From positions 576,001 to 640,000 of the forward strand of contig CAWGLD010000001.1 of the NCBI GenBank assembly GCA_963823335.1: a stretch of 64,000 nucleotides of DNA. The letters are read 5' to 3'. Below the pieces are notes generated by a model. It was not told the DNA's origin and did not search any database. It saw only the letters and a program-made list of their open reading frames with translations. The position numbers were made by a program, and so were the translations under genes. The DNA is from an uncultured delta proteobacterium. Lineage in GTDB: Bacteria; Desulfobacterota; Desulfobacteria; Desulfobacterales; B30-G6. Below are positions 9,367 through 19,683 of the stretch, in pieces (position 1 is the first letter of the stretch; each line of letters starts with the position of its first letter).

Positions 9367-9530
9367 GTCATTTGCTTCGCGATATTTATGGTCATTTACT
9401 TCGTGTCATTTATTGTAGCTATCAGCTATGAGCAACAATAAATGACGCCCGCAGGGCAAATGTCGCGCGCAGCGCAAATGACATCCGAAGGATTAATGAC
9501 GCCCGCAGGGCAAACGGCGTCCGAAGGAAA
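9367..9530. repeat. Intergenic array of AATGAC plus mini-hairpin units (5 x 18 bp at 9441-9530 and inverted partial units at 9367-9416)
   Basis: Units read directly from the sequence; central 12-bp inverted repeat at 9405-9416 and 9435-9446. Confidence 0.85.
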
Positions 9531-9532
9531 TA

Positions 9533-10945
9533 ATGAAACCATCGAGCTACACGCGTCTGTCCCAATCGGCCATAAAAGATCCTGTGCTCCACACCGCCCT
9601 GGCAAACCTCCAGGAACGGTTCGGCAAGGGCGCGGCCCTGGGGTACCGGAAATTTCCGGAGGGACCGGGGCTGCGTCTCAAGGCCCATGATATCCGCATG
9701 AATGCCATCGAAAATCTCGACATCCTGCTGGAAACCCTCGCCCGAAACATCCGCGGAAACGGAGGCCATGTTCATTTTGCCCGGGATGCCCAGACGGCTG
9801 TGGACTGCTGTCTCGACATCGCCCGTAAGCATGACGTGAGCATGGCGGTCAAGGGCAAATCCATGCTCAGTGAAGAAATCGGGCTCAACAAGGCCCTTCA
9901 AGAGGCCGGTATCGAAGCCGTGGAGACCGATCTGGGGGAATACATCATCCAGCTGGCCGGCGAAACACCGTCCCACATCATCGCACCCGCCGTTCACAAA
10001 ACCCGGCAGCAGGTGGGCCGTCTCTTTCAGAAAAAGCTGGGTATCCCCTATTCCGAGGATCCGCCCACCCTGACCCTGGCTGCCAGAAAAGCCCTGCGGG
10101 AAAAATTTTTGAAAGCCGAAATGGGCATCTCGGGCTGCAACCTGGCCTGTGCTGAAACCGGTCACATCACCACCGTGTCCAACGAGGGCAATATCCGCAT
10201 GTCCACCACCCTGCCCCGGGTGCACGTGGCCTTCATGGGCATGGAACGGGTTGTGGCCGATCTCAAGGACCACGAAATTTTTTTCCGTCTGCTTTCCATG
10301 GGCGGTGCCGCCCAGAACATGGCTGGCTATGTCAGCTACCGCGGCGGCCTGGGAGACAAAGGCCTCCTGGGCGGACCGGGTGAGTTTCATCTGATCGTCA
10401 TCGACAACGGTCGCAGCCGGATCCTCGCCGATCCCGACTTCAAGGAGATGCTCTGCTGCATCCGTTGCGGGGGCTGTCTCAACATCTGCCCGGTATACGG
10501 GGAAATCGGCGGACATGCTTACAATTCCCCTTATTCCGGACCGGTGGGGGCTGTTGTCACGCCCCTGTTACAAGGGATCAACCGCCATGCCGACCTCTGC
10601 CAGGGAGAGTCTCTGTGCGGGGCCTGCATGGATGCCTGCCCCGTCAACATCGACATCCCCCGCATGCTGCTTCGGCTGCGCCAGAAACTGGCCGAGGGAG
10701 ACCCCTCCTGGAATGTCACGATCAAGAGTCGCCTGGATCAGGCCGTTTTTGCCGCCTGGTCACTCCTGATCCGCAATCCGCGTCTTTACGATTTGTTTCT
10801 AAAATCCGCTGTTGTGGGTCAGAAATTTCTGCCCGGAAAAGAACAGATGATCTCCAGGCTCCCTTTTTCCGGCAAAGGCTGGACCGACAGCCGGGATCTC
10901 AAGAAATTCGCCCAAAAGCGCTTTTTGGATCGTGGAAGATCATGA
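9533..10945 (+). CDS. lutB: Lactate utilization protein B (LldF)
   Basis: KGKSM, ETDLGEYIIQL, PSHIIAPAVH, NEGN, CIRCGGCLNICPVY and LCGACMDACPV motifs. Confidence 0.95.
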   Translation: MKPSSYTRLSQSAIKDPVLHTALANLQERFGKGAALGYRKFPEGPGLRLKAHDIRMNAIENLDILLETLARNIRGNGGHVHFARDAQTAVDCCLDIARKHDVSMAVKGKSMLSEEIGLNKALQEAGIEAVETDLGEYIIQLAGETPSHIIAPAVHKTRQQVGRLFQKKLGIPYSEDPPTLTLAARKALREKFLKAEMGISGCNLACAETGHITTVSNEGNIRMSTTLPRVHVAFMGMERVVADLKDHEIFFRLLSMGGAAQNMAGYVSYRGGLGDKGLLGGPGEFHLIVIDNGRSRILADPDFKEMLCCIRCGGCLNICPVYGEIGGHAYNSPYSGPVGAVVTPLLQGINRHADLCQGESLCGACMDACPVNIDIPRMLLRLRQKLAEGDPSWNVTIKSRLDQAVFAAWSLLIRNPRLYDLFLKSAVVGQKFLPGKEQMISRLPFSGKGWTDSRDLKKFAQKRFLDRGRS

Positions 10946-11742
10946 AACCAATCAAACCAGTAAATGGCCAATCCCCGATCCCCGTCGATCAAACCCGATT
11001 CATCGCTAACATCAAAAAAGCCCTGGGACGGTCCGATTTCGAGCATCGCCGAATGGAAGACCTCATTCAAACCAGCCCCGATAGCAACGATCTTGCCTTG
11101 ATGCAAACCATCCAGAGCCGTGACCGAAAAATGCGACTCACCCTCCTGGACAGGATGATGGAGGTTGCCAAAACCATCAACACGAAAGTCGCGGCGGCAG
11201 AAACCAAAACCCAGATCGCGGCGGCCATTGCTAAAATCGCCATTGATTCAAATGCGGAATGGGGCGACGGAAAATCCATCGTGGCCTGGGATCATCCCCT
11301 GGTGAATGGCCTGGATCTGCCCGCAGCCATGCAACCCCTGGGTGTTCCGGTCTATTTTCCGGAAAACGACGCCTGCAGTGCCGGAGCAAAGACTTTCCGC
11401 AAACAGTCCGAGACCGCCTTGATGGGCATAACCTCGGCTGATTTCGGTCTGGCGGAAACCGCTACCCTGACCATGAAAACCCGCCCCGGACAACCCCTGC
11501 ACGTCTCCCTTCTACCCTCCATCCACATCGCCGTGATCCGGCTGGAACAAATCCTGTCCAATCTCAAGGAGTTTTACGCCCTGCTCAAATGGGACCCCGC
11601 ACAACAGGCTGAGGGTCTCACCCACAGCATGTCCTTTATCACCGGCCCCAGCAAAACCGCCGATATCGAAGCCACCCTGGTCCACGGCGCCCATGGCCCC
11701 AGGGAGCTGGTTATCTTCGTTTTGAAAAATGAAACGAGCTGA
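10942..11742 (+). CDS. lutC: Lactate utilization protein C (LUD domain, LldG)
   Basis: SLLPSIHIA and ITGPSKTADIE...GAHGP motifs; ATG overlaps the lutB stop. Confidence 0.9.
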   Translation: MKPIKPVNGQSPIPVDQTRFIANIKKALGRSDFEHRRMEDLIQTSPDSNDLALMQTIQSRDRKMRLTLLDRMMEVAKTINTKVAAAETKTQIAAAIAKIAIDSNAEWGDGKSIVAWDHPLVNGLDLPAAMQPLGVPVYFPENDACSAGAKTFRKQSETALMGITSADFGLAETATLTMKTRPGQPLHVSLLPSIHIAVIRLEQILSNLKEFYALLKWDPAQQAEGLTHSMSFITGPSKTADIEATLVHGAHGPRELVIFVLKNETS

Positions 11743-11797
11743 AACCAGCAATTACGTCTAACATCTCACATTTTGCGTCTCCCTCCCTGAAACTATG

Positions 11798-12361
11798 TCA
11801 TTTCCGATTTAATCGCCAGCGCTGGCTGGTCAGCATAAAATTGGGCAAATGCCCCTTGCTGCTCACGTCCCGCGCCATCTCGGTCATGTAAAAAGCATCG
11901 GGATCTTCTTTCCGGACAGCGGCCAGTATGCGCTGCAAATCGCGTCGGCGACAGGCAATGCATAGTTCGTCCACGGGCCCACGCATACCCTCACCCCTGA
12001 AAACGGTCACCGGCTGTCCCATGGCTCGAATGCAACTCGCCAATGTTTTTCCGGCAGTTCTCGTGATCACCCGCAGAATAATGAAACCCAGTGCCAGTCT
12101 ACGTTCAAGATTGATACCGACCACGTTGCCGGTCGCATACCCAAAGGCATAAAAAAGAGCCAGTATGGGTTGCTCGTTGATCTTGTGAATCACCGTACTC
12201 ACCACCGTTATCCAGATCAGGAGTTCAAATATACCCAGGAAAAATGCGATGACTCTACGGCCCTGAACCGTTACGATGATCCTGACCGTCCCGAGGGATA
12301 CGTCGACAATACGCATTACAAAAATGAGCAAACCCGTAGATAAAACATTTAAATCAATCAT
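11798..12361 (-). CDS. DUF2179/UPF0316-type membrane protein
   Basis: RIVDVSLGTVR, FELLIW and YAFGYATGNVVG motifs. Confidence 0.85.
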   Translation of the reverse strand: MIDLNVLSTGLLIFVMRIVDVSLGTVRIIVTVQGRRVIAFFLGIFELLIWITVVSTVIHKINEQPILALFYAFGYATGNVVGINLERRLALGFIILRVITRTAGKTLASCIRAMGQPVTVFRGEGMRGPVDELCIACRRRDLQRILAAVRKEDPDAFYMTEMARDVSSKGHLPNFMLTSQRWRLNRK

Positions 12362-12413
12362 TTCAACATCCTGTCAATTGAGAATCTGTGAAAAAAGGCA
12401 AACGTCGATGGGC

Positions 12414-13910
12414 TCACGTCCCGCAAAAGGTTTGATAGGGTTGCGCCGAAGGGGGCGGGGGCTGGTGATAGCCGGTCTGTTCCGGTGGATCTTGGTAGGG
12501 TTGAGACAGAGCACCCAGCAGTTTTTCCATGACCGTAAAATCCGACCATTCCACGGCCGCCGCCAAGGCCTCTTCCACCCGGTGGTTGCGGGGGATGACC
12601 GCCGGGTTGTGGGTGCTCATGAGCCGGCGGGATGCCTCCCAGGAATCGGGTTGTCGTTGTAACCGGGCCTGCCAGCGCTCGAACCAATGCTTAAAATCCA
12701 GGGCCCGGAACACGGAGGCCTTCGGCAAGGAACCGGATACCAGGTCCCGGAAGGTGTTGGTAAAATCCGCGCCGTGTCGGTGCATGCAATCGAGCAGGTC
12801 CTCAACCAGGGCACCGTCCTCCGCTTCCTGGTTTAACAGTCCCAGTTTGGATCTAAAGCCTGACAGCCAGTAGTGACGGAAGGTGTCTGAAAATCCGGAG
12901 ACTGCCTCTTTTGCCATGGATACGGCCTCCTGCGGATCCTCGTGAATTAGCGGCAACAGCGTCTCGGCAAACCGAGCAAGATTCCATTGGGCGATCTTTG
13001 GTTGCCGACCGTAGGCGTATCGGCCGTGGTGATCGATGGAACTGAAAACGGTATTCGGATCGTAGGCGTCCATGAACGCGCAGGGACCGTAGTCGATGGT
13101 TTCACCGCAAAGGGCCATGTTATCCGTGTTCATGACGCCGTGGATGAAGCCAACCACTAGCCAGCGGGCCACCAGGGACGCCTGCCGCTCCATGACAGCC
13201 CCAAGCAGGGCAAGATACGGGTTTCTGTCCGTGGCCAGATCAGGAAAGTGGCGACGGATGGTGTAATCGGCCAGCATCCGGGTTTCGTTGGGCTTGCTCC
13301 TTGCCGCCGCATACTCGAAAGTGCCCACGCGGATGTGGCTGGCCGCCGTTCGGGTGAGGATCGCCCCCTGCAGGGCGGTTTCACGGAACACCTGTTCACC
13401 AGTGGTCACCACCGCAAGGCTGCGGGTCGTCGGTATATCCAGGGCGTGCATGGCCTCGCTGATGATATACTCCCGAAGCATCGGGCCCAAGGCCGCCCGT
13501 CCGTCCCCCTGCCGCGAAAACGGGGTCTTGCCGGACCCTTTGTACTGGATGTCGAATCGTTCACCTTCCGGTGTCACCTGCTCGCCCAGCAATATTGCCC
13601 GCCCATCGCCCAGCATGGTGAAAGAACCGAATTGATGCCCCGCATAGGCTTGAGCGAGAGGCTCGGCTCCCTCGGGAAGCCTGTTGCCCGAGAAAACGGC
13701 AGCGCCCTCGTCGCCCTTTAGAGCATCCGGATTCAGCCCTAAAAACTGCGCCAGCACTAGATTGAAAATCACCAGTCTCGGCTTATGCACCGGTACTGGA
13801 CTCAGTCGGGCATAGAAAGCCTCCGGCAACCTTGCGTAGCTGTTCTCGAATTTCCACCCGGTGTCCGGGCGGTTCTGTCTGATGCTTGGCACCATAGAAT
13901 TCTTCTGCAT
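12414..13910 (-). CDS. selO: Protein adenylyltransferase SelO (YdiU)
   Basis: [37 protein letters not shown] and IDYGPC motifs. Confidence 0.96.
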   Translation of the reverse strand: MQKNSMVPSIRQNRPDTGWKFENSYARLPEAFYARLSPVPVHKPRLVIFNLVLAQFLGLNPDALKGDEGAAVFSGNRLPEGAEPLAQAYAGHQFGSFTMLGDGRAILLGEQVTPEGERFDIQYKGSGKTPFSRQGDGRAALGPMLREYIISEAMHALDIPTTRSLAVVTTGEQVFRETALQGAILTRTAASHIRVGTFEYAAARSKPNETRMLADYTIRRHFPDLATDRNPYLALLGAVMERQASLVARWLVVGFIHGVMNTDNMALCGETIDYGPCAFMDAYDPNTVFSSIDHHGRYAYGRQPKIAQWNLARFAETLLPLIHEDPQEAVSMAKEAVSGFSDTFRHYWLSGFRSKLGLLNQEAEDGALVEDLLDCMHRHGADFTNTFRDLVSGSLPKASVFRALDFKHWFERWQARLQRQPDSWEASRRLMSTHNPAVIPRNHRVEEALAAAVEWSDFTVMEKLLGALSQPYQDPPEQTGYHQPPPPSAQPYQTFCGT

Positions 13911-14331
13911 AGCAAATTATGTCCTAATTTGAACGATTGTTGAGCTTGCCGCAGATATAAGGAAGATGCGCTAAGGTCGGCAATCCCAACAGGCTCTAAG
14001 TTTTAAGAAGTTAAATAGATTTATTCCTTTGATATTATTTATAATTTAAGTTTCTTATGACATGATAATCAGTCATGTATGGCATGACAACTATTAATTT
14101 GCATAATTTTTAATTGGTCGTATCGTGCTGATCGGTATCACCCTTGCTGAAGTGGACTGCATAAATTACGATTTGCATTAGGACAATGAAAATCCAGCGC
14201 ACTTTTTTTATGAGAGCTGGAAATCCCGTGAGCTTTGACATAGTGTCCCTATTCTTGTATTCGTAATCTAATATTTCCGGCCTACTCAAATTATTTTGTC
14301 TAATCCAAACAAATACCATTCGGGATTAACT

Positions 14332-15738
14332 ATGAAATTGCTAAACAAAGAAACGATCGAAACTATTTATGAAAAAGCCACAGACATATTGGCAAGTGTT
14401 GGCGTAGAATTTGAGACGGACAGCGCAATAGAACTGTTTAAAAAAAATGCTGCAAAAGTAGAGGGCAAAAGAGTCTTTATCTCTCCGTCCTTGTTGACAT
14501 CGGCCTTGGATTCACTTCCAAAGGTCAAATATATTCCTACACACAACAAACGACTCGTTGCTGCTTCCCCATTTTCCAATGCCCCCATGATCATAGATGA
14601 TATCACTGAGAAAATACGGCGTGGCAACACTCAAGATGCCATCAAAATGTATCAGCTCGCCGAAACCTGTGACCTATATGAATCTACAAATCCCGGAGTT
14701 GTTGACCCCGAAGACAACGACAGTGAAGACCAGTATATCGGTCAAATTGCGATGATGCTGAAATATTCAGATAAATTTCCAAATTTAAGTTTGCGTGCCA
14801 CAAAATCGAATACAAAAAACAATGATGTTTACACCAGTGCCAAAAAAGCAATCCAACTGATCAAAGAAATCAAAGGTGATGACAGCAAACCGGTCATGGG
14901 ACAGGGGATTTGCCCAATGGCACCTTTGTCTTATGATGAGGAAGGCCTGATAAATTTGACTGTTTTGGTTGAGGAAGAACAAGATATAACGATTTTCCCT
15001 TGTACCCTGTCCTTTATGACCGGACCAGAAAGTCTGTTGGGCATCGTTGTTCACGACATTGCCATTTGCTTGGCAGGAATGGTTTATATTCAGCTACTTA
15101 AACCCGGCACAGGTGTGTCTTTCAGTAATTTTTCTACAATGACAGACATGCGCTCTTTACAACCGGTATACGGCAGCCCAGAATTTCTTCATGTTCAGAT
15201 CATGTTTTATGAAGTTTGCCTTCACCTTGAAATGAACTGTATTCTTGGCGGGTGCTTAGCCGATGGCACCCGAAACGATTATCAGGGCGGATTTGAATCC
15301 TGTTTCACATCGATTGCTCCCTTCTATATGACCCGTGTAGAGGAAGTCTGGTGTTATCCCGGTCTTATGGCAGCCTTTGCCGGGGGAAGTTTTAAGAAGA
15401 TGATTCTTGATGAGGAATTAATAATCAACTGCAATCGGACACTTCAGGGGCTGAACCTTTCTTTTGATCCCATGCTCAAAGAAAAACTGGCAGAATCAGT
15501 GAAGACAAAAAGCTTTTTGACGATCGGCTCCCCGGCCATCTACAGAAAAGAACAGAGAGTAACCAATATTTTTGATAAAAAAGGAATAAGCCTAAACAAT
15601 GATTCTTCGGAAATAACTGTGGACATCAATGTTTCTAAAGAAATAGAAAAAAGATGTGCGGCATACGTTCTTCCAGATCGAAGCAAAACACAAATGAACC
15701 AGCTGCAAAAATATCTGCCAACGCAATGTAAATATTAA
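14332..15738 (+). CDS. Trimethylamine methyltransferase (MttB) superfamily protein, non-pyrrolysine
   Basis: DILASVGVEF, P-L-YD, QLLKPG, DMRS...YGSPE and MILDEE resemble MttB; no in-frame TAG; AT-rich. Confidence 0.75.
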   Translation: MKLLNKETIETIYEKATDILASVGVEFETDSAIELFKKNAAKVEGKRVFISPSLLTSALDSLPKVKYIPTHNKRLVAASPFSNAPMIIDDITEKIRRGNTQDAIKMYQLAETCDLYESTNPGVVDPEDNDSEDQYIGQIAMMLKYSDKFPNLSLRATKSNTKNNDVYTSAKKAIQLIKEIKGDDSKPVMGQGICPMAPLSYDEEGLINLTVLVEEEQDITIFPCTLSFMTGPESLLGIVVHDIAICLAGMVYIQLLKPGTGVSFSNFSTMTDMRSLQPVYGSPEFLHVQIMFYEVCLHLEMNCILGGCLADGTRNDYQGGFESCFTSIAPFYMTRVEEVWCYPGLMAAFAGGSFKKMILDEELIINCNRTLQGLNLSFDPMLKEKLAESVKTKSFLTIGSPAIYRKEQRVTNIFDKKGISLNNDSSEITVDINVSKEIEKRCAAYVLPDRSKTQMNQLQKYLPTQCKY

Positions 15739-16023
15739 CACCCGTTTCGACCCACCTGCCCCGCAACACAGCTGATAGTCAAGATGCCCATGGCAGCGGG
15801 AAACCGATCTGATATATCGTCTTGCAGGATCATTTTTATAGGCTAAATGGGCCCTCTAAGACTAAAAAACGGCACTAAACAGTATATATTTACCCTATAT
15901 TCAGTAGGATACCCCGGTCCGACCCGCATTTTAAGCCATTGGAGCCTCCTTTCATTTTAAGATTATGGGATAGTCTTTGAAAAATGATCTTACAAAATCT
16001 GATAGGAATGGCAATCTTGCAAC

Positions 16024-16100
16024 AAAAAATGACCCCGGTTGGTTATTGCCGGGATCACAAGTAGGAGGAGATTTGAAGATTAATTCATATCAAATCTTAA
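16024..16100 (-). ncRNA. Candidate small RNA with CUCCUCCU motif
   Basis: TTGACA (16133-16128) plus a -10-like box; 5' hairpin AGAUUUGA/UCAAAUCU; then CCUCCU, a GC-rich hairpin and a U6 tract. Confidence 0.45.
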
Positions 16101-16180
16101 TATAAAAATATACCACTAAGTGGCACATGTCAAATAGGAGGCTGCTGAAATTGTCAATACGTTAATAAAAAGACACAACC

Positions 16181-16366
16181 CTACTTTTTCTTGCATGTCG
16201 ATATGCCGAATGGCAGATAGGCTGGGCACCAACCGATCGCTGCAGTTGCAATCGGCAGCAACCCGATTATCCCCCACCAACTCTTGATATCAATCCCGAT
16301 AAAGATAACAATTAAGCCAGCCATCACTCTTAATGCTCTGTCTGCCGATCCGACATTTTTATCCAT
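16181..16366 (-). CDS. DUF2892 (YgaP-like) small membrane protein
   Basis: NVGSADRALR...GWCPAYLPFGISTC. Confidence 0.9.
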   Translation of the reverse strand: MDKNVGSADRALRVMAGLIVIFIGIDIKSWWGIIGLLPIATAAIGWCPAYLPFGISTCKKK

Positions 16367-16934
16367 AATTCGCCTTCCATCATAGTAGCTATTTGCTTGT
16401 TAGAGATCATAAGACTGACCCCCTATGGAACAGGGGGCCAAAAGAAGGTTGGGCAGTTAAGTTAACAGAGCAACTAACAGGGGAAAAGATCGTCCCCAAC
16501 CCTACCTGTTTCATAAGTTAAGGATTGGGTGAAGCACTGTCAAATAAGAGTATAACTAAATTTCTTAGGGGCAGGTTTGTCCAAACCTTTGATAAGAGAA
16601 CAATCACCACATTTATTTCACTTATGAGGTTCTCGAAGCATTGGTTGTTCTACATACCGCGTGATAGCACGCGGTTGCGAACCAAATCGTTCGGAGATGT
16701 GCCGTCTCCGAATCCTTTTCAGCATTTGCATGATTCGAGTGATTTAATTTTCGAGATTTACATATTTTAGCCCGTTAGACATTTTTTATTTATATCGCTT
16801 TTGGATCCTGATATTAAATAAAAATTGGACTGACTGGATTCGTATCCGTCACAGGGCCTGAACCTTCGATTGCGGAAGCAAAATGTAATTGGCGCTTTTT
16901 GCAAATTAGTTGCATTGTTAGAGATGAATTTATA

Positions 16935-18215
16935 ATGATTAGAGTCATTAAACCATTTATTGCTCTGCTCATCGCCACGACCATTCTCACCATGGGAAGT
17001 GGCCTGATGAACAGTTTGCTAAGCATTAACATGCGGCTCCAGGGCTATAACGACCAGATCATTGGACTGGTCATGTCCGGTAACTACCTGGGAATAGTGC
17101 TGGGTATCTATTTCTGCCAGAAAATCGTGCAACAGGTCGGCCATATAAGGGCATTTGCTGTATTTGCAACTGTCATGACGGCAGTATCGTTGGTGCACGG
17201 ACTGTACATGTCTGCCTGGCTTTGGACTGTTTTGAGAATTTGCAATGGCTTGTGTGTCACCGGACTCTTCATGGTGATTGAAAGCTGGCTGAATGGAAAA
17301 GTAGAGCCAGCCTTTCGCGGCCGGCTGTTGTCTATTTATATGATTCTGGTATATTTCGGAATCGGCAGCGGCCAGCTTTTGTTGAACGTCGGTGAAGTTC
17401 AGGGCCAAACCATCTTCATGATCGCCGCAATCCTGTTTTCCCTTTGCCTGGTGCCTATTTCCATAACGCGCGCAGTCAAACCCCAGCCCCTCGAAGTGCC
17501 TCGCTATAACTTGATAAAACTGTTTCAACTTGCACCGTTGAGCATGGTCGGAAGCTTTGTTGCCGGCCTGATCAACAGTTCATTTTATGCCATGGGACCC
17601 ATATTTGGAATAGACATCGGACTTCCCGTCTCTCAGGTTTCCCTTTTCATGAGTCTCACTGTTTGGTCGGGGCTGTTGTTTCAATATCCGGTGGGTCTGT
17701 TCTCTGACAGACTCGACCGCCTGACAGTCCTGTCGGGTCTGGGATTTCTTGTGATGCTGGTGAGTGTCGGCATTGCGGTGTTAGGTCGGGTCGGCCTGGG
17801 TGTACTGCTGCCCCTGACTGTTTGTTTCGGGATGGCTTTCACTATTTATCCTGTGGCCATGGCGCGGGCTCAGGACAGCATCAGCAAGAATGAGATCGTG
17901 CCAGTCAGTGCAGCCTTGATTTTATTTTTTGGTATAGGTGCCTGCTTTGGCCCCATAACAGCATCCTTCGTCATTTCAAAGATCGGCCCATTTGGTCTTT
18001 ATTATTTCACAGCAGGGTGTGGCGGGACGCTATGCATGGTTGTTTGGAGTCTACGATATAAATTTCCCAGCAACTTCGAAGAACAGGTGCCGTATATTTC
18101 CATGCCCAGAACGTCGCCGGTGGTCAGCAACCTTGATCCTCGAAGACAAAACGGGTTTTATAATGACGGGGGTGAAACGTCTGAATGCGACAACAAGTTA
18201 GAAAGTCATCCCTAG
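16935..18215 (+). CDS. MFS transporter (YcaD-like)
   Basis: VGHIRAFA, ESWLN...RGRLLSIY and QYPVGLFSDRLDR motifs; many hydrophobic segments. Confidence 0.92.
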   Translation: MIRVIKPFIALLIATTILTMGSGLMNSLLSINMRLQGYNDQIIGLVMSGNYLGIVLGIYFCQKIVQQVGHIRAFAVFATVMTAVSLVHGLYMSAWLWTVLRICNGLCVTGLFMVIESWLNGKVEPAFRGRLLSIYMILVYFGIGSGQLLLNVGEVQGQTIFMIAAILFSLCLVPISITRAVKPQPLEVPRYNLIKLFQLAPLSMVGSFVAGLINSSFYAMGPIFGIDIGLPVSQVSLFMSLTVWSGLLFQYPVGLFSDRLDRLTVLSGLGFLVMLVSVGIAVLGRVGLGVLLPLTVCFGMAFTIYPVAMARAQDSISKNEIVPVSAALILFFGIGACFGPITASFVISKIGPFGLYYFTAGCGGTLCMVVWSLRYKFPSNFEEQVPYISMPRTSPVVSNLDPRRQNGFYNDGGETSECDNKLESHP

Positions 18216-18472
18216 ATTATTGGGGACATCGTGCAGAACATACACAAATGTCTGACATCTAAAAAGTTAACAACAATAGCCTACCTTTTTGACCAATAGT
18301 GCATCTGGCCTGAAAATCTGGTCTTGCCAATCCGTCTTGTCCGATTCCTTCAGGTCGATGAATTGTCGAATGCCCCCTGCAATAATGCGTTTAATCAGGT
18401 TCTAATTAATATTATTTGTCCAATTACAAGCAAGTAAGCGCACGCTCAAAATTCTGAAATATATAAATATAT

Positions 18473-18501
18473 TTGAAATTGTTCTTCCGGGTACATATAT
18501 T
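18473..18501 (+). promoter_or_regulatory. Sigma70-type promoter for a short transcript
   Basis: TTGAAA-N17-TATATT immediately upstream of AAAGGAGGTGATC. Confidence 0.45.
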
Positions 18502-18733
18502 GTGAAAGCGAAAGGAGGTGATCAAAATGAAAAGGCTCTGCATGGTGATGCATGCAAAGCCTTAGACCCGGAAAGGAATCCTGAAAGGATAACTAATCCG
18601 GACATCGAAATTGTCGATATGCTTCAATCTGAATCAATGATGGCCCAAGAAAACCGAATTGAGCGCAATTTGACCATCACCTTGCTTTTTCGGCAACCGG
18701 GTTCTGATAGACATGACATCTCTTGAAACGGTA

Positions 18734-18946
18734 TCACATTACCTTGACACCATTTTTTTTCATTAGAGCAATAATATCATCTAATTGTGCTGTCGAACAG
18801 TCATCGATATGGTAAACTTTCTGGCCGCCGTCCACGAACCTGAGCGTCAAATTCCTATGTTCGTCCAGCCGGGCTTGATGAACGTAGCTATCATTGAGCC
18901 ATGGTTTGAGTACCTGAATAAAGTCAATAAGCGTGCATGTGTTCAT
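18734..18946 (-). CDS. Small hypothetical protein
   Basis: 70-aa ORF directly downstream of the phosphatase gene, plausible RBS. Confidence 0.65.
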   Translation of the reverse strand: MNTCTLIDFIQVLKPWLNDSYVHQARLDEHRNLTLRFVDGGQKVYHIDDCSTAQLDDIIALMKKNGVKVM

Positions 18947-18996
18947 GGGATACAATTTTCTCCATTATCGTGTTGATCACTTAAAGCAGAGGTTAA

Positions 18997-19602
18997 CTAA
19001 CGCGTTTTAATCGAGCCGATGGTCGTTATGTCGCCGGTACTGGATCGATGAACGATGACCAGTTCTCCCGATGCAGGATAGATGCCGGTCAGGGCCGTGA
19101 TGTTGACCTGATGGGTAACGAGAACGATTGGCCGGTCAAGGTTCTGCCTTGCTATCCATTCAGACAACATTCTGGTTTGTGATTCTCGACGCTCGTATCG
19201 CTGAAAAAAGGAGTTTAATGCCGCAAGTTCCTCGACCGGCCCAAGCCCGAGTAATTTTGCCGTTTCCATGCAACGGCACCATTGGCTTGAATAGACCTGT
19301 GCACTATTAATTCCTTGCTCATGAAAACGATCGCCAATTTTTTCAGCCTGATCGCGGCCCTCTTCCGACAAATTTCTTTGGGTCGCGCATTGACCGAGCT
19401 CAAACTGAGGAGGATCACCCGTTCCCGGGGCGATGGCATGACGTAAGAGCACAAGGTGTTCGCCCGATTTCAGCATCTTCCACAGCTGTGTGTCGTCATC
19501 TGAAGAAAACGCTGAAACACTGCAGCAAAGACAAAATATTGTCACGAGAACAACCATTCGAAATCGTAATGGTAAACGCGTATGTATGTCATTTTTTTGC
19601 AT
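18997..19602 (-). CDS. Histidine phosphatase superfamily protein, likely exported
   Basis: LLRHAIAPG, QRNLS..GR.QA, SSQWCRC.ETA and VTHQVN motifs; signal-like N-terminus. Confidence 0.9.
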   Translation of the reverse strand: MQKNDIHTRLPLRFRMVVLVTIFCLCCSVSAFSSDDDTQLWKMLKSGEHLVLLRHAIAPGTGDPPQFELGQCATQRNLSEEGRDQAEKIGDRFHEQGINSAQVYSSQWCRCMETAKLLGLGPVEELAALNSFFQRYERRESQTRMLSEWIARQNLDRPIVLVTHQVNITALTGIYPASGELVIVHRSSTGDITTIGSIKTR

Positions 19603-19683
19603 GATCTTGATTTTCGTTTTGGATAGTTTGATCGTTTAAGGCATATTCTAATACACGTGGACACTTTTTCAATAGGAGTGAAT

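Noticed and set aside
9441-9530. Possible CRISPR array
   Set aside because: The 18-bp period has no unique spacers of CRISPR length and no cas genes are present.
12414-12431. SelO as a second selenoprotein
   Set aside because: It ends TFCGT with a normal Cys; the TGA is the ordinary stop.
18270-18400. Minus-strand fragment KRIIAGGIRQFIDL, phosphatase-like
   Set aside because: Too short to support a call.
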